In this document: one piece after another, positions 7,487 through 18,059 of the stretch
Numbering within the stretch: the first letter of the stretch is position 1
Layout of the letters: every line of letters begins with the position of its first letter
Notes under the pieces: model-generated
What the model was told of the DNA's origin: nothing
The model's database searches: none
The model's input: the letters and a program-made list of their open reading frames with translations, nothing else
Virus record (IMG/VR): IMGVR_UViG_3300023174_000058
Location: 64,001-128,000 of that record
Strand: one strand, 5' to 3'
DNA: 64,000 nt
Source of the DNA: a virus
Translations under genes and position numbers: made by a program

Positions 7487-8248
7487 ATGCCACACATTTC
7501 ATTTTCGGCATTAAAAACTTGGAAAGACTGCTCATACAAATATAAATTAAATTATATTGATGAAATTAAGCTGTTTAATGGTAACGAATACACTGTTTTC
7601 GGTACAGCACTTCACGAAGCATGCGAAAGAAAAGTACTTGATAACAGCGTTGACGAAGTTCAAGTCTTTAAAGATAAATTCAAAGAAGAAATTGACAAAC
7701 TACCATCCCATATTATATTAGAACAAAAGACGAAAGAGGATCTTGAAAAGCAAGGGATCATGCTTTCGGGAATGATTTTAGACGCACTTAAGCAATATTT
7801 CGGTAGTTTTAAAGTGGTTAGCGCCGAAGAAGAGCTAAGAACAAATCTAGAATCAACTGAGTTTGATTTTAAAGGATACGTAGATTTAATTTTACAAACC
7901 GATGATGGTAAATATCACATTATTGATTGGAAGACTTGCTCATGGGGCTGGGATGCAGCAAAACGAAACGATCCAATGACAAATTACCAATTAACTCTAT
8001 ATAAGCATTTTTTTGGAAAGATCAAAAATATTGATGCAAAACAAATTGAAACACACTTTGCTCTCTTAAAGAGAACGGCTAAAAAAGACAATGTAGAGAT
8101 TTTTAGAATTACAAGTGGCCCAAAAAAAATTGAAAACGCTCTTAAAATATTAAACAATGCAGTGCATAATATATCAACTAACAATTTTCCAAAAAATAAA
8201 TTAAATTGTAAAAATTGTGAATTTTATAAAACACAACATTGCCCATGA
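7487..8248 (+). CDS. Cas4-like/RecB-family PD-(D/E)xK exonuclease with a probable Fe-S cluster
   Basis: ISFS...C, GTALH, E, GYVD, IIDWKT, QLTLY, and C-terminal CKNC...C. Confidence 0.9.
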   Translation: MPHISFSALKTWKDCSYKYKLNYIDEIKLFNGNEYTVFGTALHEACERKVLDNSVDEVQVFKDKFKEEIDKLPSHIILEQKTKEDLEKQGIMLSGMILDALKQYFGSFKVVSAEEELRTNLESTEFDFKGYVDLILQTDDGKYHIIDWKTCSWGWDAAKRNDPMTNYQLTLYKHFFGKIKNIDAKQIETHFALLKRTAKKDNVEIFRITSGPKKIENALKILNNAVHNISTNNFPKNKLNCKNCEFYKTQHCP

Positions 8249-8403
8249 ATAAGCGTATCGCATGTGTTATGTTAGATGATAAAGATTGTGCTTTACATTT
8301 AGAGATTATTTCTTGCGAAAAACAAATCAATGATTTAATTGAGTACTTAAGCAAAAAATATTGCATGAAAGAAATTTTTATAAATAAGGTAGATAAAAAA
8401 TGA
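8245..8403 (+). CDS. 52-aa hypothetical protein (not in ORF track)
   Basis: MNKRIACVMLDDKDCALHLEIISCEK... with ATGA overlaps to both neighbours. Confidence 0.6.
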   Translation: MNKRIACVMLDDKDCALHLEIISCEKQINDLIEYLSKKYCMKEIFINKVDKK

Positions 8404-9380
8404 AAACCGCACTTGTAACGGGAATATCAGGTCAAGACGGGAGCTATCTTGCTGAATTGCTGTTAGACAAAGGATATTTGGTAGTTGGAGTTGTTAGAAG
8501 ATCTGCAATGGAAGATAAAAAGCTGGTTAATATTGAGCATTTATTAAATAACCCTAATCTTATTTTAGAAAATGGTGACTTAACAGACAGTGCATCCATT
8601 TGGAGACTTACGCAACAGTATAAACCAAATGAATTTTATAATCTTGCAGCTCAAAGTCACGTAGGCGCATCATTTACTAGTCCAGAAAGCACTTTCGAAA
8701 TAAACGCCACTGGCGTTCTTAATTGCTTAGAAGCTATCAGAAGTGTAAGTCCAAAAACAAGATTTTATCAAGCCTCAACATCAGAAATGTTTGGGGATAA
8801 TACAAACGCTCCACAAAACGAACAAACCGAATTATCACCCGTATCACCATATGCTTGTGCAAAAGTAGCGGCACATAATCTTGTAATAAACTATCGTAAA
8901 TCATATGGGCTTTTTGCGTGCAGCGGTATACTTTTTAATCATGAAAGCCCACGACGAGGAGAGCAATTCGTTACTCGTAAGATTACAAAAGCCGCTGCAC
9001 GTATTAAACTCGGCTTACAGAAAGAATTACGTCTTGGCAATCTTGATGCAAAACGCGATTGGGGATATGCAAAAGAATATGTAGAAGCCATGTGGTTAAT
9101 GCTACAACAAGAAATTGCATCTGATTATGTAATTGGCACTGGAAAAACTCAAACAATAAAAGATTTTATTAATTGTGTATCTGAAATCTCTGGTTTTGAT
9201 TTGATGAAGTACGTTGTTATAGATGAAAAATTTAAACGTCCAAGTGAAGTCCCATTATTACTTGCTGATCCTTGGAAAGCAAAACAAGATTTAGGATGGC
9301 AATCAAAAACTTCTTTAAAAGAATTAGCTGAAATTATGTATAAAACAGACTTAGAAAAGGAAATTGTGAATGTCAAATAA
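8400..9380 (+). CDS. gmd: GDP-mannose 4,6-dehydratase
   Basis: TGISGQDGSYLAELLL, NLAAQSHV, YQASTSEMFG, PYACAK, GILFNHESPRRG, LGNLDAKRDWG. Confidence 0.97.
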   Translation: MKTALVTGISGQDGSYLAELLLDKGYLVVGVVRRSAMEDKKLVNIEHLLNNPNLILENGDLTDSASIWRLTQQYKPNEFYNLAAQSHVGASFTSPESTFEINATGVLNCLEAIRSVSPKTRFYQASTSEMFGDNTNAPQNEQTELSPVSPYACAKVAAHNLVINYRKSYGLFACSGILFNHESPRRGEQFVTRKITKAAARIKLGLQKELRLGNLDAKRDWGYAKEYVEAMWLMLQQEIASDYVIGTGKTQTIKDFINCVSEISGFDLMKYVVIDEKFKRPSEVPLLLADPWKAKQDLGWQSKTSLKELAEIMYKTDLEKEIVNVK

Positions 9381-10611
9381 GAAAAAGATATTAGTATTAG
9401 GTGATCACCCATTCTCACCATCTGGCGTTGGTACACAAATTAATTATTTTATCCAATCAATGTTAAAAACTGGTAAATATAGCTTTATTGCATTAGGTGG
9501 AGCAATAAAGCATCAAGATTATAGACCAGTTAAAACAGAACAATGGGGTGAGGATTTTATTGTTATTCCTATTGATGGTTATGGAACACCACAGATGATA
9601 CGCGATATGATACACGCTCACAAATTTGATGCAGTATGGTTCATGACGGATCCACGGTTTTGGACTTGGTTGTGGGCAATCGAACAAGAAATTCGCCCAA
9701 ATGTTCCCATGATCTATTATCACGTTTTGGATAACTATCCTTATCCAACATTTAATAAATCATTTTATGAATCAAACGACATGGTTGTAACAATGTCAGA
9801 GGTTTCCAGTGATATTGTTAGAACAGTAGCCCCGCAAATTGAAGAAAAGTATATTCCTTTATGTGTAGACACCGAAATATTTAAGCCGTTACCAGAAAGC
9901 GAATGGTCGCACTTAAAACCAAAAGGGAGGACTCTATTTTTCTGGAATAATAGAAACGCAAGGCGTAAGATGAGCGGCACCATTTTATGGTGGTTTAAAG
10001 AATTCTTAGATAAAGTAGGTCATGATAAAGCGCAGTTAATAATGCATACTGATCCAAAAGACGTACATGGGCAAGATCTTGAAGCAATTGCTAGAGAGTT
10101 GCAGCTAACAAGGGAACAATTTATGATCTCTGCAAATAAAGTCCCAGCCCAAGAATTAGCAAAATTTTACAATGCAGCAGATTGTATATTAAACATTAGT
10201 GATGCCGAAGGCGTTGGCATGGGTACAATTGAAAGCATGGCTTGCGAGACTCCTATTATTGTAAACATGACAGGTGGTTTACAAGAACAAGTAGTAGACG
10301 CGGAAGGAAATATGTTTGGAATTGGAATCACACCATCGTCAAAGGCAATAATTGGTTCTCAGGAGGTTCCGTTTATTTACGAAGATCGTGTAGCAAAACA
10401 AGATTTTATTGATGCACTTGTAAAAATGCATAGTATGAGCCGCGTCGAAAGAAAAGAAATGGGTAAAAAAGCTCGTGAATATGTGTTAAAAAAGTATAAT
10501 CTTAAGACTTTTGCCGAACAATGGGAGAAAACTATGGATTCTTTTATTGAAAAACATGGCGCTTGGGAAAATAGAAAAAATTATAAACGCTGGACCTCTA
10601 AGGAATACTAA
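9370..10611 (+). CDS. Glycosyltransferase, GT-B/GT4-like
   Basis: RNARRK and FYNAAD...EGVGMGTIESMACETPII (EX7E). Confidence 0.9.
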   Translation: MSNKKKILVLGDHPFSPSGVGTQINYFIQSMLKTGKYSFIALGGAIKHQDYRPVKTEQWGEDFIVIPIDGYGTPQMIRDMIHAHKFDAVWFMTDPRFWTWLWAIEQEIRPNVPMIYYHVLDNYPYPTFNKSFYESNDMVVTMSEVSSDIVRTVAPQIEEKYIPLCVDTEIFKPLPESEWSHLKPKGRTLFFWNNRNARRKMSGTILWWFKEFLDKVGHDKAQLIMHTDPKDVHGQDLEAIARELQLTREQFMISANKVPAQELAKFYNAADCILNISDAEGVGMGTIESMACETPIIVNMTGGLQEQVVDAEGNMFGIGITPSSKAIIGSQEVPFIYEDRVAKQDFIDALVKMHSMSRVERKEMGKKAREYVLKKYNLKTFAEQWEKTMDSFIEKHGAWENRKNYKRWTSKEY

Positions 10612-10613
10612 AA

Positions 10614-11822
10614 ATGAAAAAAATTTTAATTAATTCTCCAATTTTATCACGTTCTGGTTATGGCGAAATGGCGCGGTTTGCGCTGAATACCCTGCGCCAG
10701 CACGAAGATAAGTTTGATATTTATCTTGTTGTTTTAAATTGGGGACAAACAGGTTTTATTTTTGAAGAAACTGAAGAGTATAAGTATATTTCACAGCTTA
10801 GGTTAAAGACTGAGCAATATATAAAAGAGCATAACGGAAATCCCCCATTCGATATGTCGTTACAAATTACCATTCCAAACGAATGGAAGCGTATGGCCCC
10901 AGTAAATATTGGATATACCGCTGGTATCGAAACAACCCATATCTCGCCAGCTTGGCTAGAGCCATCACAGCAGATGGATAAAATTATTGTAATCAGTGAA
11001 CATGCTAAAAATGTTTTTTTAAACACAGCATTTCAAGATGACAAAGGACAACAATTTAAAGTTACAACACCGATTGAAGTTGTACATTTTCCTTGGAAAC
11101 AACTTGAAGATGCGCGAATTAATTTAGAATTACCATACGATTTTAATTTTTTAACAGTCAATCAATGGGGTCCAAGGAAAAACATTGAAGGTCTTATTTC
11201 TGCTTTTATTGACGAATTCCGTGATGAAGAAGTTGGTTTAGTAGTTAAAACAAATAGAGCAAACGACTCCACTACAGATAAATCATTCGTAGATAAACAA
11301 TTATCAGATCTTATTGCTTCAAAAGGGCCAAAAAAATGTAAAATTCATCTTGTTCATGGAACGCTAACAGAACAAGAAATGCATGGTCTTTATCGCCATC
11401 CAAAAATTAAAGCATTTGTAACAGCAACTCATGGTGAAGGTTTTGGTTTGCCAATCTTTGAGGCCGCCAATGAAGAATTACCTGTTATTGCCACGAATTG
11501 GAGTGGGCATCTAGACTTCCTATCAGCACCAGACAAAGAAGGCGTTGTAAAACCAATGTTTGCAAAAGTTGATTTTGAAATTAAACCAATACAAGAACAA
11601 TTTGTTTGGGCTGGCGTTATGGAAAAAGGTACCGGCTGGGCTTTTCCGTTACAAAGCAGCGTAAAAGCAAGAATGCGCGAAGTAGTAAAAGATTATCCAA
11701 GATTTAAAAGTTGGGCTAAAAAACTCTCAGCTTATAACAAGCAAAACTTTGAAAAACAAAAAATTTTCGATAACTTTATAAACTGCTTAGGAACAAGCGA
11801 TGACACAACAATCATTTTATAA
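10614..11822 (+). CDS. Glycosyltransferase, GT-B/GT4-like
   Basis: SGYG, PRKNIEGL, GEGFGLPIFEAA...PVIATNWSGH. Confidence 0.9.
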   Translation: MKKILINSPILSRSGYGEMARFALNTLRQHEDKFDIYLVVLNWGQTGFIFEETEEYKYISQLRLKTEQYIKEHNGNPPFDMSLQITIPNEWKRMAPVNIGYTAGIETTHISPAWLEPSQQMDKIIVISEHAKNVFLNTAFQDDKGQQFKVTTPIEVVHFPWKQLEDARINLELPYDFNFLTVNQWGPRKNIEGLISAFIDEFRDEEVGLVVKTNRANDSTTDKSFVDKQLSDLIASKGPKKCKIHLVHGTLTEQEMHGLYRHPKIKAFVTATHGEGFGLPIFEAANEELPVIATNWSGHLDFLSAPDKEGVVKPMFAKVDFEIKPIQEQFVWAGVMEKGTGWAFPLQSSVKARMREVVKDYPRFKSWAKKLSAYNKQNFEKQKIFDNFINCLGTSDDTTIIL

Positions 11823-12831
11823 TTGTTCTTTTTTTAACAATAAAATTGATAATTTTAATTCTTTTTCCGTAGAACAAGAAGAGATAGTTCTTAAGAAAAT
11901 GATAAGTAAAGAAAAATTAGAATTTGAAATAAAAAAAGTTGAATATAAGTGTAAATTTATACAACATAAAAAATTTGATATATCTAAACCTTTAGCTATT
12001 ATTCCTATAAAAGATAATGTTAGCTTACTAGAGTTCACAATTAAAAATATTATAAACTATAAAATTTTAGATTCTTTAGATTTTATAGTTGTTGATGATC
12101 GATCCGATGAAGATATCTACTCTTTATGTAAACAAAATTCTATAAATTATCTTAGAGTAGATAATGATAAAGGTTTTAATTTTTCAATGCTAAACAATAT
12201 AGCAGCCAAATTAGCATATGAAAACGGATATGACACAATTGTTCTATGGAATAGCGATTTATGGGCTAATGACGAATCCACCATTCCAGAGCTAGTAAAG
12301 CTACACAAAGAAAACAACTCCACTATTAGCGGGACAAAATTATTATATCCAAATTTTTCTTGGGACGGTAAAGAAGTTTCTCATAACATAGAAACTATTT
12401 TCCCAAATAAAAAAAATAATTATAGAGGAACAATTCAATTCGGTGGTTCTGCATTTATTATTGCTAGTGTTTTTAATACTTATTTTCCAATCCATTCTTT
12501 TCGTTTTAAAGAAAAAGATTATTATAGAGCGAACGTTAACAAAATATGCGAATTCGTGACTGGTGCTTTCCAAATAATAAATTTAAAATGGTTTATAGAA
12601 TTAGGTGGGTTGAACCCAAGCTTATCAAAAAACTTTCAGGATGTAGACATCTGTCTAAAAGCTACAGAAGATAATAAAAAAGTTATGTATTTTGGAAAAG
12701 ATCTATTTTTGCTACATGATGAATCCGTTTTGTTATCTAAAAATAAAACCGACCAGCAATTTATTTCAGACAACGCTCTTTATTCTAGAATTTGGAATAA
12801 TCATCGTTTTTTAAAAATGATTGTAGAATAA
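11800..12831 (+). CDS. Glycosyltransferase, GT-A/GT2
   Basis: IIPIKD, IVVDDRS, FNFSMLNN, LWNSD, VTGAF, QDVDICL. Confidence 0.88.
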   Translation: MTQQSFYNCSFFNNKIDNFNSFSVEQEEIVLKKMISKEKLEFEIKKVEYKCKFIQHKKFDISKPLAIIPIKDNVSLLEFTIKNIINYKILDSLDFIVVDDRSDEDIYSLCKQNSINYLRVDNDKGFNFSMLNNIAAKLAYENGYDTIVLWNSDLWANDESTIPELVKLHKENNSTISGTKLLYPNFSWDGKEVSHNIETIFPNKKNNYRGTIQFGGSAFIIASVFNTYFPIHSFRFKEKDYYRANVNKICEFVTGAFQIINLKWFIELGGLNPSLSKNFQDVDICLKATEDNKKVMYFGKDLFLLHDESVLLSKNKTDQQFISDNALYSRIWNNHRFLKMIVE

Positions 12832-12832
12832 A

Positions 12833-13366
12833 ATGATTGAACCTATTTTAATAAAAACAAAAAAATTTTTTGATAATCGTGGAATTTTTTATGAAAGTTA
12901 TAAAAAAAGCCATCTAAAAGATGAATATGGCTTGGAAGTTGATTTCCTGCAAGACAATTATTCTATTTCTCATAAAAATGTAATAAGAGGCTTGCACTAT
13001 CAATGGGACAAACCAATGTCCAAACTTATAAAAGTTTCTTATGGTAAAATATTAGATGTAATTGTAGATATAAGAAAAAAATCTAATAATTTTGGCAAAG
13101 TTTATTATTATGAGCTAGATGAAGAAAACAATGATCAGCTCTTCGTACCAGAAGGGTTTGCTCATGGCTTTATTTGTTTAAGTGAAATAGCGCACGTTCA
13201 ATATAAATGCTCCTCCGAATATAATAAAAATGGTGAATCTGGTATTAATCCATTCGATAAAAATTTAAATATTGATTGGAAAATTGATACTATAAAGGCG
13301 ATTATATCTGATAAAGACAAAAATTCTAAATCATTAGAACAATATTTATTAGATCCAAAATTCTGA
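12833..13366 (+). CDS. rmlC: dTDP-4-dehydrorhamnose 3,5-epimerase
   Basis: DNRGIFYE, QDNYS, RGLHYQ, VPEGFAHGF, YKC, ISDKD. Confidence 0.96.
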   Translation: MIEPILIKTKKFFDNRGIFYESYKKSHLKDEYGLEVDFLQDNYSISHKNVIRGLHYQWDKPMSKLIKVSYGKILDVIVDIRKKSNNFGKVYYYELDEENNDQLFVPEGFAHGFICLSEIAHVQYKCSSEYNKNGESGINPFDKNLNIDWKIDTIKAIISDKDKNSKSLEQYLLDPKF

Positions 13367-13373
13367 GGAAAAA

Positions 13374-14273
13374 ATGAAAATTTTAGTAACTGGCGGAAGA
13401 GGTTTCATAGGAAGTCATTTTGTTGAAGAGTCTCTTAAAAAGGGTTGGTCTATTATTGACATAGACAAATTAACATACGCTTCAAGTAAAAACCTACCTT
13501 GGGATAATAATAAAAATTATACATTTATTAAAGCAGACATAAGCGAAATTGATCATTTGCCATCGTGTGATGTAATTGTTAATTTCGCGGCAGAAAGTCA
13601 TGTAGATAATTCAATTAAAAGTTCTGAAATATTTGTTAAAAGTAATATTTTGGGAGTTCACAATCTTCTTGAATTAATAAGAGGTAAGCCTTCTTATGAT
13701 CGACCATTGTTTTTTCATATAAGTACAGACGAAGTTTATGGGGATAGAATAGAAGGTAAATTCACTGAAGAAGACAAATTAAAACCAAGTAATCCGTATT
13801 CATCTACAAAAGCTGCTGCTGAAATGTTAGTTATGTCATATCATAGGACTTACGGAATTGATTATCTAATAACGCGTAGTAGCAATAATTATGGAGAAAG
13901 ACAATTCGAAGAAAAACTTATTCCAAAATGTATCCAATGTATTAGTGATGAAAAACAAATACCAATTCATGGCGATGGAAGCTATGTTAGAGATTGGACT
14001 TACGTAAAAGATAATGTCGCAGCTATAATATTGCTAATAGAGAAGAAAATCAAAAATGATATCCTTAATATAGCAGCAGAAAATTATTTAACTAATTTAC
14101 AAGTCGCAAAACAAGTATTAGAGTGGCACGGTAAAGATGAAAGTTCTATTAAATTTGTAGAAAATCGCTGGGGTCAAGACTTGAGATATGCTGTTTCAAG
14201 TGAAAAAATAAGAAAATTAACTGGCTGGTCCCCAAAATATGATCAAGGGTTATACAAGTTTAAAACAAGCTAA
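13374..14273 (+). CDS. rmlB: dTDP-glucose 4,6-dehydratase
   Basis: TGGRGFIGS, DKLTYA, FAAESHVD, ISTDEVYG, PYSSTK, SNNYG, EKLIP. Confidence 0.95.
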   Translation: MKILVTGGRGFIGSHFVEESLKKGWSIIDIDKLTYASSKNLPWDNNKNYTFIKADISEIDHLPSCDVIVNFAAESHVDNSIKSSEIFVKSNILGVHNLLELIRGKPSYDRPLFFHISTDEVYGDRIEGKFTEEDKLKPSNPYSSTKAAAEMLVMSYHRTYGIDYLITRSSNNYGERQFEEKLIPKCIQCISDEKQIPIHGDGSYVRDWTYVKDNVAAIILLIEKKIKNDILNIAAENYLTNLQVAKQVLEWHGKDESSIKFVENRWGQDLRYAVSSEKIRKLTGWSPKYDQGLYKFKTS

Positions 14274-14293
14274 TATTTTTAAATTTAATAAAA

Positions 14294-14977
14294 ATGAAAA
14301 TTTTACTAACTGGCGGATCTGGAACTTTAGGTAAAGAATTGATTAAGTTATTGATTAAATCTGAACATACGGTTGAATATCCTTCTTCGTCTGAATTAGA
14401 TATCTCCGATTATAACTCTTGCTTAAGAGCAATTGATAAATACCAACCAGAATTAGTTATTAATTCAGCAGCTTATACTGATGTCAAAGCAAGCGAAAAT
14501 AATCTTAGCAAAATAATTAAAATTAACGTTATTGGAACTTGTAATATTGTTTTGGCTTGTGAAATAAAAAACATAAGACTAGTTCATATCTCCACAGACC
14601 ATGTATTTGATGGCGAAAAAGGCAATTATAAAGTAGATGATCCAATAAATCCAATTACTAAATACGCCAAAAGTAAAGGTTCAGCCGAGTTGTGCGCTCG
14701 TATGTACAATAATGCTTTAATAATAAGAACTTCTTTTTTTACTCACTCATTTCCTTATGAAAAAGCGTTTGTTGATCAGTGGTCTTCTAAAGATTACGTT
14801 GATATTATAGCACCTAAAGTATTAGAAGCGGCTTTGTCTAATAAATTAGGAATCGTGCATTGTGTTAGTAAACGTAGAACTTTATTAGATATAGCAAGAG
14901 ATCGAAAACCAGAGGTTCAAGCAATTAGCAGAAACGATATAAACTTTCCTACTCCAAAGGACACAAGTTTAATATGA
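14294..14977 (+). CDS. rmlD: dTDP-4-dehydrorhamnose reductase (short form)
   Basis: TGGSGTLG, AAYTDV, ISTDHVFDG, YAKSK. Confidence 0.9.
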   Translation: MKILLTGGSGTLGKELIKLLIKSEHTVEYPSSSELDISDYNSCLRAIDKYQPELVINSAAYTDVKASENNLSKIIKINVIGTCNIVLACEIKNIRLVHISTDHVFDGEKGNYKVDDPINPITKYAKSKGSAELCARMYNNALIIRTSFFTHSFPYEKAFVDQWSSKDYVDIIAPKVLEAALSNKLGIVHCVSKRRTLLDIARDRKPEVQAISRNDINFPTPKDTSLI

Positions 14978-15750
14978 AATATTATCTTACTATTTTTACT
15001 ATGTTTAAGAACGAAAAAAGGTATCTTAAAGAGTGGATTGATTTTCATTTACTTGTTGGTTTTGAACATATCTACTTGTGCGATGATTGCAGCACCGATA
15101 GTCCGTTTGAGATTCTAAAGCCTTATATAGATAGAAAATTAATAACATATTTTACTTGGAAAGATGAGCCAAAACCATCATTTTCATCAAGAAATTATTT
15201 TGTAGATACATTTAAAAACGAAACTTATTGGACTGCTTTTATAGACATTGATGAATTCTTATTTTGTTCTAACAAAGAAGATAAATTATCAGAAAAATTA
15301 AAAGAATATGAAGAATTTTCTGGATTGGGTATTAACAGTTACAGTTTTGGCAACAGTGGATTAAAAAAGTATGACGAAAGAATGGTTATTGAAAAATTCA
15401 TACATAGAAGCCCAGATGACCACCCAGAGAATACATATATAAAAACAATAAGTAAGCCGATTACTATGGCTGAGTCTAACAATCCTCATTATGCAAACTA
15501 TATTAGTGGATATGCTGTTAATGAAAACAAAGAAAAAATTAATGGATCAAATTGTTTAAACAAAAATAAAATTTTTAGAATTAATCATTATTCAAATAAA
15601 TCAGAGGAAGAATATTATAACTTTAAATTTAAACCAAATGAAGGTAGACTTCCTGTTGCAAAAAAAAATTATGATAAGTACAACAGCGAATGTATAGTTG
15701 AAGATAGATTAATACAAAGATATTTAAAGGATCTAAGTAATGCTAATTAA
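14974..15750 (+). CDS. Glycosyltransferase (GT92/GT2-like)
   Basis: KNE..YLKEWIDFH..GFEHIYL.DD.STD, FIDIDEFL, INHY. Confidence 0.88.
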   Translation: MKYYLTIFTMFKNEKRYLKEWIDFHLLVGFEHIYLCDDCSTDSPFEILKPYIDRKLITYFTWKDEPKPSFSSRNYFVDTFKNETYWTAFIDIDEFLFCSNKEDKLSEKLKEYEEFSGLGINSYSFGNSGLKKYDERMVIEKFIHRSPDDHPENTYIKTISKPITMAESNNPHYANYISGYAVNENKEKINGSNCLNKNKIFRINHYSNKSEEEYYNFKFKPNEGRLPVAKKNYDKYNSECIVEDRLIQRYLKDLSNAN

Positions 15751-16768
15751 TTATGTAAAAAATAAAAAACCAAATTATGAAAATATACAAAAAATATTAT
15801 CTATTTCACAAGAAAAAAATCATTTTACAAATAATGGACCAGCAAAAATAAAGCTAGAAAAATTTTTGCATTCATTCCTTAAAATTGATACAAATAAAAA
15901 AATTTTATGTGTAGCTAATGGAACATTAGCTTTGCATGCTATAAATTTTTATTTTAAAATTAAATATGGAAAATTTAAGTGGCTAACTCCTGCATATACT
16001 TTTCCTTCAAGCGTTATAGGAGGGATGGAAACAAAAATTTTAGATATTAACTTGAATGATTATTCTTTCGCAAAAGAGGAAGTAGAAAAAGAAAAAGATT
16101 ATGATGGTTTAATAATAACAAACTTGTTCGGAACATACCCAGATATTGATTATTGGGAATCGTTTTGCAAAGAAAATAATAAAATTTTAATTTTAGATAA
16201 TGCAAGTTCTCCACTTAGTTCATATAAAGGAAAAAATATTTCAAATTATGGTAATTTTTCTTTTGGTAGTTTGCATCATACAAAAGTAATAGGATTCGGG
16301 GAAGGCGGATTCATTGTATGTCCAGAAGAAGATTATGAATTACTCAGTTCTATTGTTACATTTGGCTTTAAAGGTAATAGAATTTATAATGAAAATTCAT
16401 CAAATTATAAAATGTCCGATGTACAAGCTGCTTTCATTTTAGATCATTTAATGAATTTTAATTTAGAAAAATATGTAAAAACACAAAAAATTTTTTTAAA
16501 TGAATTAAACATTGATGGTGCCGAAATTTTTAACAAAAAAGAAGGCGTTGTATATGGAAATTTACCAATTATTTTTAAAAAACCAACAGACAATCTTTTA
16601 TTTAAAGATTTAGGCATAGATGCTTATAAGTATTATTTACCATTAAAGCAATTAAAAAATTCTGTTTATTTATATGAAAGAATGGTAAATTTTCCACTAA
16701 ATGAAAATCTAGAAGAAGAAGAGATTGAATTAATAATTAACAACATCAAAAGGCAAGCAAAAAAATGA
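15740..16768 (+). CDS. DegT/DnrJ/EryC1/StrS PLP-dependent sugar aminotransferase
   Basis: NGTLALH, TPAYTF, LDNAS, SLHHTK (PLP Lys), GEGG, NYKMSD. Confidence 0.9.
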   Translation: MLINYVKNKKPNYENIQKILSISQEKNHFTNNGPAKIKLEKFLHSFLKIDTNKKILCVANGTLALHAINFYFKIKYGKFKWLTPAYTFPSSVIGGMETKILDINLNDYSFAKEEVEKEKDYDGLIITNLFGTYPDIDYWESFCKENNKILILDNASSPLSSYKGKNISNYGNFSFGSLHHTKVIGFGEGGFIVCPEEDYELLSSIVTFGFKGNRIYNENSSNYKMSDVQAAFILDHLMNFNLEKYVKTQKIFLNELNIDGAEIFNKKEGVVYGNLPIIFKKPTDNLLFKDLGIDAYKYYLPLKQLKNSVYLYERMVNFPLNENLEEEEIELIINNIKRQAKK

Positions 16769-17430
16769 AACTAGCAATTATGCAACCCTATATATTTCCA
16801 TATATAGGGTATTTTCATTTGATAGATAGTGTAGATACGTTTATATTTTACGATGATGTAAATTTTATAAATTCTGGATGGGTCAATAGAAATAAAATAT
16901 TAGTAAACAATAAAGAATTTTTATTTACTATTCCAACAGACTGGTCGCAAAATAAAAAAATAAACGAGGTATTTGTTACGGGAGAATACGCAAAGTGGAA
17001 GAAGAAATTTTTTAGTACTGTTAAACATTCCTATGGAAAAGAAAAATATTATAAGGATGGCGTAACTATTATAGAACAGACCTTTGAACAATCCCAGAGT
17101 CTAAATCAAATATGTAAATCTTCAATTAAAAACGTTTTAGATTATCTAGAAATTGAAAAAAATATTATTGATTCTTCTGCCATATTTAATAATGAAAATT
17201 TAAAATCTGAAATTAGAATAAAAGATATATGTAAAAAAAACAAAACTAGCACGTATATCAATACATCTGGTGGTAAGGCTTTGTATTCTAAAGAAGATTT
17301 TGCTAATGATTATATAGAACTTTATTTTGTAAAGAGCAAAGAAAATTTAAATTTTTTGTCAATAATAGATACAATAATGAAGTACGGAAAAGAAACAAAA
17401 AAATTTATAAAAGAATACGAGTTAGAATGA
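16765..17430 (+). CDS. WbqC-family protein
   Basis: AIMQPYIFPYIGYF, YDDVNF, WVNRNKI, YIN..GG..LY, LSIID. Confidence 0.92.
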   Translation: MKLAIMQPYIFPYIGYFHLIDSVDTFIFYDDVNFINSGWVNRNKILVNNKEFLFTIPTDWSQNKKINEVFVTGEYAKWKKKFFSTVKHSYGKEKYYKDGVTIIEQTFEQSQSLNQICKSSIKNVLDYLEIEKNIIDSSAIFNNENLKSEIRIKDICKKNKTSTYINTSGGKALYSKEDFANDYIELYFVKSKENLNFLSIIDTIMKYGKETKKFIKEYELE

Positions 17431-18050
17431 TGCATTCACCAGAATCCCTAAAAGATCATTATGAAGAATGCTTTATAAAGCACGGGGACAATTATCTTGG
17501 CGCAGATTGGACTAAAGAAAAGGATCTTTATACAAGATATGATGTTATGCTTTCCATAATAGATAAAAGCATTAGCGAAAAAAAAGTTTTAGATTTTGGT
17601 TGTGGAACAGGAATGCTATACAATTATATTTTATCTAAGGACATAAATTATATAAATTATAGCGGAATTGACATAAATGATATATTAATAGAAAAAGCTA
17701 AAACAAAGTTTAAAAATATAAATTTTAAAACATCAGATATCTTTAAAAACCCAGAGTCGCTAGAGCAATACGATTATATTATCTGTAATGGTGTATTTAC
17801 CGAAAAGATAAATTTAACACATGAACAAATGTTCAATTTTTTTTCAAGTGTTTTAAACGTTCTCTTTAAAAAAACTAATATTGGTATTTCTTTTAATTTA
17901 ATGTCAAAACACGTTGATTACGAAAGAGAAGATCTATTTCATGTGAGCCATGATGAATTGGCAAGTTTTTTAACTAAAAATTTATCAAGAAATTATATTA
18001 TAAGAAATGATTATGGCTTATATGAATATACTACATATTTGTATAAATAA
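17427..18050 (+). CDS. Class I SAM-dependent methyltransferase
   Basis: VLDFGCGTG, YSGIDI, YDYIICNG. Confidence 0.9.
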   Translation: MMHSPESLKDHYEECFIKHGDNYLGADWTKEKDLYTRYDVMLSIIDKSISEKKVLDFGCGTGMLYNYILSKDINYINYSGIDINDILIEKAKTKFKNINFKTSDIFKNPESLEQYDYIICNGVFTEKINLTHEQMFNFFSSVLNVLFKKTNIGISFNLMSKHVDYEREDLFHVSHDELASFLTKNLSRNYIIRNDYGLYEYTTYLYK

Positions 18051-18059
18051 TGGATAAAA

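Noticed and set aside
7487-8248. Cas4 as evidence of a CRISPR-Cas system
   Set aside because: No cas1, cas2 or array in the window. Solo Cas4-like nucleases are common in phages.
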